Shown here: positions 40,148 to 48,009 of the stretch, one piece after another
How positions within the stretch are numbered: the stretch's first letter is position 1
Layout of the letters: every line of letters begins with the position of its first letter
Assembly (NCBI GenBank): GCA_023665905.1
Contig: JAMPDA010000002.1
Location: forward strand, 27,832-91,831
Length of the DNA: 64,000 nt
From: Roseburia sp.
GTDB taxonomy: Bacteria > Bacillota > Clostridia > Christensenellales > Pumilibacteraceae
Reading direction: 5' to 3'
Translations under genes and position numbers: made by a program
The notes under the pieces: generated by a model
Databases searched by the model: none
What the model was told of the DNA's origin: nothing
What the model saw: only the letters and a program-made list of their open reading frames with translations

Positions 40148-40179
40148 AAAAAATCGCTCGAAATATCGGGCGATTTTTT
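40148..40179. terminator. bidirectional terminator between YoeB and Rep
   Basis: AAAAAATCGCTCG-aaatat-CGGGCGATTTTTT. Confidence 0.85.
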
Positions 40180-40241
40180 ATGTGTACTATGAGATAATAT
40201 TATTTTTTAATTTTGATCCCCGCACAGCTTATTAACCGGGA

Positions 40242-41585
40242 TCAGAAGGGAAGATCGTCATCATCATCGGATTGCAAACTCAAATCTAAGCGTAATTGTA
40301 TGAATTTCTTAACCGGACCGGGCTCTTTTGCGTCATCGGAAGATATCGGAGTGTCTTCATCGGGAACGCGTGCAGCCAAGTATTCTTGTACATACTTGTA
40401 TGCCTTTTTTCGAGATATGCATTTAAGCGATTTATTATGTAATCGTTCTTTCAGCTCGAGAAGCTTGAACGTAAACCCGACAGGATCTTCCACTTCTTTC
40501 AATCGACGTATAACATACTCATAAGCGGCGAGAATGTCCGAATCGATTTCCCATTCGTCTTTCGGCAGTTTGTACCAGGCGCCGTAGCCTTGCCCGAAGT
40601 GCATGTTTTTGATTAACGGCACAAGCACTTTAAACTGATAATACATCATCGGCGAGCCGTTTTTTGTGAGTTTCGTGACATACTTAAAAGCTTCGTGCCA
40701 AGACTGTCCCTCGATTTTGTCTATAACACAGCTATAACCTTGACGTCGAAATGAATTTAACATATGCATACTCACATTGTATTTACCGCACCACTTTTCG
40801 AGCTTGTTTTGATTAACGGCTATGCCGTTAAGAACATAATCGACGATTATTTTGTCGAGCCGTATGCGATTATACTTCAACGCGAGTATTTTCTGTATGA
40901 GTATCTCAAGATCGGAAAACTTGCGCGTAAATATTCCGCGACTGAAACTGTAATCGTTAGTAAATAACTTGTCTTCGGCGAGATCTTTCTTGAGCGCGAG
41001 TATGCAATGATAATGCGGGTGAAAACTATCCGGGTTTAAAACGATCTCTATGTTCCTATAACAGGCATAGAATCCGTAAGATGCAAAATCTATACCCGCG
41101 ACTTTAGAATTGCCGGTAAAATAGCGTATAACACTCTGAAATGCGCTCGACAAGCGATCGAGCGAATCTCGCAGACTGTCGATAGGACAGTTTGGAACGG
41201 TAAGCGTCATCATATAGAGGTCATGGTCTTTCACGACATCTTCGAATATTTTAGTAAAACGCTGTAATTGCGCTGCTTGTCGAAGATGTTGACAGTTGAC
41301 GCATAATCTGTCGTGGCATAGGAATATTTGCTGTACGTCAAAAACTTCCTGCATGTCATAATATTCACCACACCAGCGTTTATGGCAATTAAGCATGCGC
41401 TCCGCGTTCTTTTTGTACTGCTCGTCGTCGAGCTCGTCGGCGAGTTGACTGTAATATTCGGCATACACGTCGTTAAATGTAGTATTGTGATCGAGCTTGT
41501 CCACTTCGTCCGATGTTATTTCTATCGACGGCGGCGCTTCGAATACCGGGACAAGCTCCGGTTGTTTTTTCATCTTGTTACCCAT
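40242..41585 (-). CDS. HUH-superfamily rolling-circle replication initiator (Rep_1, pC194/pUB110-like)
   Basis: CHDRLCVNC, motif I MTLTVPN, motif II HPHYHCI, motif III EAFKYVTK, GYG near the end. Confidence 0.92.
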   Translation of the reverse strand: MGNKMKKQPELVPVFEAPPSIEITSDEVDKLDHNTTFNDVYAEYYSQLADELDDEQYKKNAERMLNCHKRWCGEYYDMQEVFDVQQIFLCHDRLCVNCQHLRQAAQLQRFTKIFEDVVKDHDLYMMTLTVPNCPIDSLRDSLDRLSSAFQSVIRYFTGNSKVAGIDFASYGFYACYRNIEIVLNPDSFHPHYHCILALKKDLAEDKLFTNDYSFSRGIFTRKFSDLEILIQKILALKYNRIRLDKIIVDYVLNGIAVNQNKLEKWCGKYNVSMHMLNSFRRQGYSCVIDKIEGQSWHEAFKYVTKLTKNGSPMMYYQFKVLVPLIKNMHFGQGYGAWYKLPKDEWEIDSDILAAYEYVIRRLKEVEDPVGFTFKLLELKERLHNKSLKCISRKKAYKYVQEYLAARVPDEDTPISSDDAKEPGPVKKFIQLRLDLSLQSDDDDDLPF

Positions 41586-41919
41586 ACGCTCCTCCCTTAA
41601 CGCGTAAGCTTATTTCTATATGTCAAGTGGTTGCCCTCGCGCCGCTGCGCGGCGCTCGTCAACCATCACCCGGGCACGGGCGCGGCGGCAAGCCACTCGC
41701 GCCCGTGCCCGGGGTTTTGTTTTTGCCGCTTCGCGGCAGGCGGGGAGTGGATAAGAGCGGGCCGTGCGGTGGCCCGGCTCGAGGGAGCGGCGGTCGTTGG
41801 GATTGCTCCTCGTCGCCGGCTTCCGTCGCGGCGCACGTCATAGCTCGCTTCGCTCGGACGTGCGGCTCTGCTTCTCGTTCCGTGTCCGCTCCGTCTGTTC
41901 GACTTTGCGGCTGTTCGGG
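41586..41919. other. putative replication origin region (dso/sso-like)
   Basis: Non-coding, GC-rich, upstream of rep; perfect 16-bp inverted repeat 41669-41684/41698-41713; minus-strand CTTGACATATAGAAATAA at ~41610-41627 resembles the pC194-family nick region. Confidence 0.6.
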
Positions 41920-42012
41920 CTAAAGTCCAAAACGGTGTATGAGATACACCGTAAGCAGCGACACGCCGATGTCGGCGGTCAAGCGAATGACCCATTTGAG
42001 AAATTCTCGCAT
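41920..42012 (-). CDS. 30-aa hydrophobic peptide (Fst/Ldr-like type I toxin or minor virion protein)
   Basis: Manual translation MREFLKWVIRLTADIGVSLLTVYLIHRFGL; AAAGGAG RBS 8 nt upstream. Confidence 0.7.
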   Translation of the reverse strand: MREFLKWVIRLTADIGVSLLTVYLIHRFGL

Positions 42013-42105
42013 GTTCTTTGCTCCTTTATTGTTGTTTTTCGCTCCGATCGTTGACCACGTTTGTCAACGCCGGAAAGATCTTTCGGGGAATTTATTGTAA
42101 AAGCC

Positions 42106-42239
42106 TTGACTTTCGTCTGTAGACGGAATATACTTGTAGACAAGGTAGCGAACTCAACCGGTCACGGTTGTTTATGTCGGAGTTCTGAAGAACGCCCGAC
42201 CCGCAGGCAAGAAGTGATAATATGTCACTTCTTTTTTTT
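42106..42239 (+). ncRNA. putative sRNA cassette (promoter 42106-42134, RNA ~42141-42239)
   Basis: TTGACT-17-TATACT; hairpins CAACCG/CGGTTG and GTCGG/CCGAC; terminator AAGAAGTGA/TCACTTCTT plus T-run; no ORF beyond MSEF. Confidence 0.6.
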
Positions 42240-42695
42240 GGGCTTTTTTAGCACCATCCCCGTATGAACGAGCGCATTATGTGTATCATTACTGCCTAAA
42301 GTAAACTGCTCTTTTCCCTCGGGAAACACGGTTTTGTCCTCTATATCCAGCGGCTTGCCGGATATGCGGTTTCTATCGAAACGCTGAAAGTCTACGCCCG
42401 TTCGGTTCGGAAGCCCGTATCGTTCGTGGTTGATCTCCACAAGCGCCGGATCGGCGTTCTTCCCGTTTGCGTCGAACTTCTTGACGGTCTTTAGCTTGGC
42501 GACGGTGACGTTTTTGCCTTTTTCTCGGACTACGACGTAATCGCGTTGCTTCTTGGGCTCGACGTCTATGTACTTTGTTTCACCGCGGTAAACCTTGCCG
42601 ACTTTGTTCTCTTTATCGGCGCGCTCCGCATAACTTCGGCGTATGGCGCGTTTCTGCGCTTCCGATTTGCAGTGGAATTTAGACTTCTTCGCCAT
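42225..42695 (-). CDS. basic hypothetical protein, possible PemK/MazF-like fold
   Basis: GGAGGA RBS; GKVY...KQRDYVVV...VTVAKL pattern loosely like PemK G.IY...RP.VVV...V.V. Confidence 0.7.
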   Translation of the reverse strand: MAKKSKFHCKSEAQKRAIRRSYAERADKENKVGKVYRGETKYIDVEPKKQRDYVVVREKGKNVTVAKLKTVKKFDANGKNADPALVEINHERYGLPNRTGVDFQRFDRNRISGKPLDIEDKTVFPEGKEQFTLGSNDTHNALVHTGMVLKKPKKKK

Positions 42696-42960
42696 GAGGA
42701 TCCTCCGAACAGGGCATTGTAGCTCCGGTCGTTGACACAGCTTGTCCGCACCGTAACCGTTTGCGCTGAAGTCGTCGATGTCGTTTATACCATTTATCGA
42801 TCAGTTTAAATGTCCTGCACATATTGCGTCGGACATACGATAAAAAGATATCCACGTCGGCTTCTGGCATGTAGTCTACGGTATCGTACACACAGCGATA
42901 CGTCTGTTTGTAGCGTTCGAATACCTCGTCAATAATGTCGTTCTTAGAGAGATCTATCAT
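42679..42960 (-). CDS. 93-aa hypothetical protein coupled to the ATPase gene
   Basis: Start MIDLSKND overlaps the ATPase stop; operon packing. Confidence 0.65.
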   Translation of the reverse strand: MIDLSKNDIIDEVFERYKQTYRCVYDTVDYMPEADVDIFLSYVRRNMCRTFKLIDKWYKRHRRLQRKRLRCGQAVSTTGATMPCSEDPHGEEV

Positions 42961-43778
42961 CGTTTTTGCTCCTTTTTGTAGAAACCGTCCGGAAGCTCGT
43001 CGTCGAAATCCGACAGCCATTTAATGTAGCCGTCAAAATTATCTTCGGTGAGCTCCGCAGCGGAGTAGTCTATATCGCTGTCCAAATGCCCTTTGTAAAA
43101 CTTCGGTTTACAGCTGTAACTGTCGTAAAAATCGAATATGGGCGCGTCGACCACAAACTCGCTCTCGGTGTAGCAGCTCGTGTCGCGCTTCCCGCTCGAG
43201 CAATACGCTTCGTATTGCTGTAAATTGTCCATATGCCGGAGCGTCCAGACGAACCGGCACGGACGGTTCCACCTGTCGTAACCGGCTATAACCAGCTTGA
43301 CAACCTCGATGAACTGCGCCAGCTCGCGGACATTAAGGTCGATCAACCCGACACGTTGTGTATCCAGGTATATATCTAACCAGTTATGTCCGTGCTGCTC
43401 ATACCAGCGACTTTGCCAATCGGGGTAATTAGCATTTCTGCGGCTGTTGAGATACTTCTGCGCTTCGGTTATGCAGATACACTCGTACGGCAGATTGAAA
43501 TGTGTATCAACATAAGCGTTGGCAAAGCCCAATCGGTACGGGTTTATCCGGCGTGTATAACGCGGGTAATATCCGAACCGGCGAAAAACCATGTCGTAAT
43601 TAGCGGACACGCAATGCTCGGGGATCGTCGTTATATTGGCAAACCCCGACGCCTGCTTCTGTAACAGCTCACGACGCATTGCGCGATTGCGGTCTTTATC
43701 GTACGCGGTCTTATACGCAATAGCGGTCAATAACGCTGTTTTTCCGGTTCGCGGCGGCGCAAAAATTATGGTTATCAT
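42957..43778 (-). CDS. Zot/pI-like (inovirus morphogenesis-type) P-loop ATPase
   Basis: Start MITIIF (ATGA overlap); Walker A APPRTGKT, Walker B-like CICITEAQKYLNSR, HGHNWLDIYLDTQRVGLIDLNVREL matching the Zot HxHxxxD...TQ....ID..xR motif. Confidence 0.85.
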   Translation of the reverse strand: MITIIFAPPRTGKTALLTAIAYKTAYDKDRNRAMRRELLQKQASGFANITTIPEHCVSANYDMVFRRFGYYPRYTRRINPYRLGFANAYVDTHFNLPYECICITEAQKYLNSRRNANYPDWQSRWYEQHGHNWLDIYLDTQRVGLIDLNVRELAQFIEVVKLVIAGYDRWNRPCRFVWTLRHMDNLQQYEAYCSSGKRDTSCYTESEFVVDAPIFDFYDSYSCKPKFYKGHLDSDIDYSAAELTEDNFDGYIKWLSDFDDELPDGFYKKEQKR

Positions 43779-45175
43779 GAATCTTTCCCTCGCCGGATAA
43801 TCGCCCGCACAAGCCGCACAGGAGCCATGATGAGCCATAGCAGACCTTTGCCGATCCACACCAGGCACTGTAGTAGCAATGGTCCGATAACCGGCAAAAA
43901 CAATAAAATTACAAATATAACGAAAATGACAACAACCCAGGACACCCAGCTGTATGAAGAACCGCCAAAAACTTTGTTAAAGAAACTTCCGATAACCCCC
44001 AAAACATCAGTAAAACCGTCCCAAAACTTTTGCCAGGCTGAACGAGAATCTGTGTCGTAAATTCGATCGTTTTGATTTGTATTATCGGGGATAAAACTTC
44101 CAAGATATGTATCGTTGACAACACCCAGCTCATATACCATTTCCTCGCTTACAAATTTAAGAGATACCATTGTAACGGCGGTGACAATAGTATGCCGTAA
44201 AGTTCCCACCGGATAATTTAATGCTACATAAGGTTCCGTTAAATATCTCAAAACCCACTGTTTATCAATTATTTTAGCTTTGGCGCTGTCCTCCAATTGC
44301 TCCGTATCGAGAAAATCGGCAACGGATTGTATGCAATTCCACGTGTATTTCACCGCATGCGTTCCGCCGGAAGTATTGGTGTCCACGTCTGTATAAGATA
44401 AATGCACAGTCTTAGATGCCGTATTTAATACCTTATCGACTACATAAGGATACGTAGCTGATGAAATCAAATGAGTTTCCGACTCATAATACACGTCCGC
44501 TTCAATGAGATTATCTATTTTATAGTAGGTGGAAAAAGCAACGAAATTATTATCTACAGAAGTTAAAAGACCGGACGCATAACGGACAAGCCCGATATAC
44601 TCGTCCGTTATAGTTATGACTTCTACATCATGCCTGTTATAGCTGGTGTTATCGATTACCCACTCCGCACCGACAGGGTAAGCTATTTCGGTTATGGGAG
44701 TTGAGCCGTTCTGAGCACCGTCGATATCCGGCTCCCATGCTCGATAAATAGACGTAATATCATAACGCCGCACAGAATTATAGGATACAGCGACGCCTTG
44801 AACCTTATACTTGAACAACGTGTTATAATTTCCCAAATATGTCAAATCATAACGCTGTCGTTTGACATTATCTGTTGCAAGATTAATGCCGGTTGCTCGC
44901 ACATCATTTTTCCCGGACGGTTGATATACGTATACAACAATGCCTTGCGTATCTGTTTCCGCGATCTGTATTATTTGTAAAGAATAATCGCCGGACTTTA
45001 CGGGATAATCGGCTATATTTAAACCTGTATTGGAAAAATCGTCAAGGACAGTGACGATATCTTCTTCCGCATGCGCGCTCGGTAGAACCGGCACGGCGAG
45101 CAAGAACATCATAAGCAGTACTGCGCACAATATTGCGGTCAGGATCTTACGTAAGTTTGTCTTTATTGAGATCAT
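43775..45175 (-). CDS. 466-aa membrane-anchored protein (signal peptide, ectodomain, C-terminal TMs and basic tail)
   Basis: Signal ...LLAVPVLPSAHA; C-terminal WVVVIFVIFVILLFLPVIGPLLL..., RLVRAIIRRGK; GAGGTG RBS. Confidence 0.85.
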   Translation of the reverse strand: MISIKTNLRKILTAILCAVLLMMFLLAVPVLPSAHAEEDIVTVLDDFSNTGLNIADYPVKSGDYSLQIIQIAETDTQGIVVYVYQPSGKNDVRATGINLATDNVKRQRYDLTYLGNYNTLFKYKVQGVAVSYNSVRRYDITSIYRAWEPDIDGAQNGSTPITEIAYPVGAEWVIDNTSYNRHDVEVITITDEYIGLVRYASGLLTSVDNNFVAFSTYYKIDNLIEADVYYESETHLISSATYPYVVDKVLNTASKTVHLSYTDVDTNTSGGTHAVKYTWNCIQSVADFLDTEQLEDSAKAKIIDKQWVLRYLTEPYVALNYPVGTLRHTIVTAVTMVSLKFVSEEMVYELGVVNDTYLGSFIPDNTNQNDRIYDTDSRSAWQKFWDGFTDVLGVIGSFFNKVFGGSSYSWVSWVVVIFVIFVILLFLPVIGPLLLQCLVWIGKGLLWLIMAPVRLVRAIIRRGKDS

Positions 45176-45240
45176 AGTATCACCTCGAGAGAAACGGCAA
45201 AGGTCGAGAGCTTAAAACTCTCGACCACACCGGTTGTTGA

Positions 45241-46875
45241 CTATCTGTTTTTGCGTTTCCGGACAACGGCGGCTACAATCGCTATTACGACTAAGCCGGC
45301 GACGGCAAAGCACGGGATCAACACGTACTACTTATAATGATCCCACCAGGTTACACGACGTTCCGTCACCTCGAGATCGGACAACCGCGCGTATAGCGTC
45401 ACGTCGCCGGTAAGCTCGTCGGATCTAACAGCTTCTCTGCTGAAGCCGGTATCGTAATACCAGCCGCCGAAAGCCTTACCCTCTACGTCCACGTCGTACA
45501 GGTACGAGGACAGGGTACTGCCGTACGGCACGAGCTTGGACACGACGTCGCCGTCAACGTTAAAATTGACGAGCACCATGCGCGTTATTGTCGTGCCGGC
45601 ATTGAACGCGGACACGTCTATGGACATCTCGTGCGTTGCGAGAGCTTGTCCGACATTGCCCAGGGCGCGAACGCGCACCGTGTATTCGCCGGTAACGTGT
45701 ATGTACGCCGAGGCGTCGAACGTCGGCTCGTCTACGACAAAGTCGCTCGTGTGTCCGCGATCGTCTATAGACACAAAATATCCGCATGCGCCGTCCACTT
45801 CCGCCCAGCTCAACACTCCGGACGAGAACGTTATATCTGTTGGAGCCGCAAGACGAGATATGGAGAAGTAGACAGGCGGAACGGACAGAGCGACGGCGTA
45901 AGTAATGCCGGCTTGGTTTTGCATTGTGCCAAAGGAATACGGTTCAAAAGTAATCGTATAATCGCCCAGAACGTCAACGAAAGTCAGCTGTGTCAGATCG
46001 ATAAAGAGATATTCGCCGTCAATAGTGCCGAGCGAATCATTGTGGGTATTGTAGCAATTATGCCCCGCGCCGGTAGTGTAGCAGTCGGTATATCCGTTTC
46101 CGGACACTTCGACATAATAGCCGATATGCCCACCGTATGGATATGACTCGTTCAAGAACGGATTAGAAAAATACGGCTCGCCGTAAAAACTGTTAATGCG
46201 CAGAGTAGTGTCTGTAAACTCGACTTCGACGTCTGTAGTCGGGAAGTAGATCGGGTTAGAATAAGCCGTATCGCTGTTGACGTATTGATTGGAACCGGAG
46301 CCGCCGGACATAAAGTTGTACACCGAAAGAACCGGGCACAAGCCTGTATGGAACGAACCGTACGTATCGTTTGCGGCGAGATAATCGGCGTAAGGCTTTA
46401 AAGCGCTGTACGATACAAAAATACGCCATGTGGAGAGACCGCCTTGTGTTTGAATCGTCGACGTAAATAAAGACAAAGGACGGGTAATTTTGTCATCGAT
46501 ATTGTTCCGCCACCCGTCCAGAATAGTCAGCTGACACACGGTGCCGATTGGCGGATAACCGGTTGTGACGATATACACGCCGGTGTCGGTATACTCGAAT
46601 GTCGGGGTCGGGAGCTTTGTCACGGCGAAAACGGCAGAGCTGTCCTCGCTGTCGTACAAAAGTCCGGCGTTTGCAGCAGATCTGTTCATGCCGGTTTCGG
46701 ACGGCTCGGCTTCCGTGTCGGTCGGAACGGCGACGGCTGATCCTTTACCCCAACAGTTGAACCAGGCAGAAGGATCCCACGTTCGGAAGCCGGACGTCGC
46801 CCAGGCGAGAATGCCGAACAGCGCCGCCACGAATACGATCATGATGATCCAATTATTCCTCGATTGTCTTGTCAT
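45241..46875 (-). pseudogene. surface/attachment-like protein interrupted by an in-frame TAG just before its C-terminal TM anchor
   Basis: 515 aa from MTRQSR (N-terminal TM, FN3-like LAAPT..LSW..V.GA.GY, Flg_new-like FGGWYYD...TLYA), TAG at 45328-45330, then in-frame YVLIPCFAVAGLVVIAIVAAVVRKRKNR to 45241. Confidence 0.75.
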
Positions 46876-46972
46876 AAAAAATCCCCACCGCTTCATGGCA
46901 TACGGCACGCCATTATAATTAGATGGGGTCTTACTTATATACCGCCGATACCCCGTCACTGCGGTCAAGAAA

Positions 46973-47443
46973 TTACAAGCCGATATCGTCTTCATCCGAC
47001 GCGATAGGAACGTCATCATCGACTATACTGGTTATGCCGAGCAGCGGATTAGCAAGATCGCGAAATACCGAAGAAAACCGTTCTTTAACAGCAAATTCTA
47101 TTTCGTAATCAGGCGCAAACGGAGATTTCGCAAACACGCCGGCATAAGTAACATCGCGCTTCTTTTTCTTCGAATAATACGTTACGGCACGGATTTCGAC
47201 ATTAAATTCGACCTCAGGCACAGTTCGTAACGCCTTTTTACCATAATAGTCGATGTGTCCCTTAACGCTGTCCCAACGCGGCGAAATGCCGACGTTAATG
47301 AAATCGGGGTCGCCGAACGGGTCGAGAATGACGGTTGATATTGCACTCCGCTTTTGCCCGTCGTCGGCTTTAAATTCGAACAGCCTCATTACAGCCGTAG
47401 CGGTAAGGACTTCCGCCGGTTCTTGCACTTGTTTCTTTTCCAT
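46973..47443 (-). CDS. putative ssDNA-binding protein
   Basis: Start MEKKQV after AAAGGAG; beta-strand/aromatic pattern, acidic tail DDDVPIASDEDDIGL; located in an RCR element. Confidence 0.55.
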   Translation of the reverse strand: MEKKQVQEPAEVLTATAVMRLFEFKADDGQKRSAISTVILDPFGDPDFINVGISPRWDSVKGHIDYYGKKALRTVPEVEFNVEIRAVTYYSKKKKRDVTYAGVFAKSPFAPDYEIEFAVKERFSSVFRDLANPLLGITSIVDDDVPIASDEDDIGL

Positions 47444-47505
47444 AATTACTCCTTTGCCGATACATACCCTCGGTCGCGGGTTTATGTATTTTTTGCCTTT
47501 ACGGC

Positions 47506-47550
47506 TGGAGGCGCGGGCGGGAGTTGAACCCGCCATGTCCCGGTCGCGCC
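47506..47550 (-). ncRNA. 45-nt tRNA-like minihelix (acceptor plus T arm, tRNA-Cys-like end)
   Basis: GGCGCG-ACCGGGACAT-GGCGGG-TTCAACT-CCCGCC-CGCGCC-TCCA: 6+6 bp stems, consensus T-loop, U discriminator, CCA. Confidence 0.6.
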
Positions 47551-47634
47551 ATGACCATGCCCGCAAGGAGGAGCAGGCACGGTACAGAGGGAAGATGAGA
47601 GCCCGTCATGCCGATAGCCCAGCAAGAAAAACTA

Positions 47635-47940
47635 TTAAAGACGTTGAGCACGTTCAACGCCGGCACGGAACGATCTTTTATTCTCGTCGCGCACGGGAAC
47701 GCGCTTGCCGGACTTTGCCGCGCCATACCCGACACCGGCATGAAACGCCGCTTTTTGACTGTCGGTGTGTTGCGACACACTGCGCGCCGGGGAACGTTTA
47801 CCGCCGGCACATAACGAATTTAACCGTTCCTGCGCGTACCGACGTTGTCCGTCCGTCAACTTCGGATCGTTCACGCGTCGCTCGTAATACGCGCATTTCT
47901 GTTGAACGGAGTATGTCTTATCCGCTTTTTTATTTGCCAT
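47635..47940 (-). CDS. 101-aa basic hypothetical protein, first gene of the minus-strand operon
   Basis: AAAGGA RBS; Arg/Lys-rich; fills the space next to the right att. Confidence 0.7.
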   Translation of the reverse strand: MANKKADKTYSVQQKCAYYERRVNDPKLTDGQRRYAQERLNSLCAGGKRSPARSVSQHTDSQKAAFHAGVGYGAAKSGKRVPVRDENKRSFRAGVERAQRL

Positions 47941-48009
47941 AATTAGTCCTTTGCCCTTAACCCCATTGGGCGCGAGGTGATTATCATTAACAGCTTAAGC
48001 CGGTTATTT

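Noticed and set aside
47506-47640. Full-length tRNA-Cys or tmRNA gene
   Set aside because: Only 10 nt separate the acceptor 5' strand from the T arm; no D arm, anticodon arm or tag reading frame can be built. Reported as a minihelix instead.
47499-47810. 103-aa minus-strand ORF as the missing coat protein
   Set aside because: Overlaps the 101-aa gene out of frame and the structured RNA region; no RBS, no convincing signal plus TM plus basic-tail layout.
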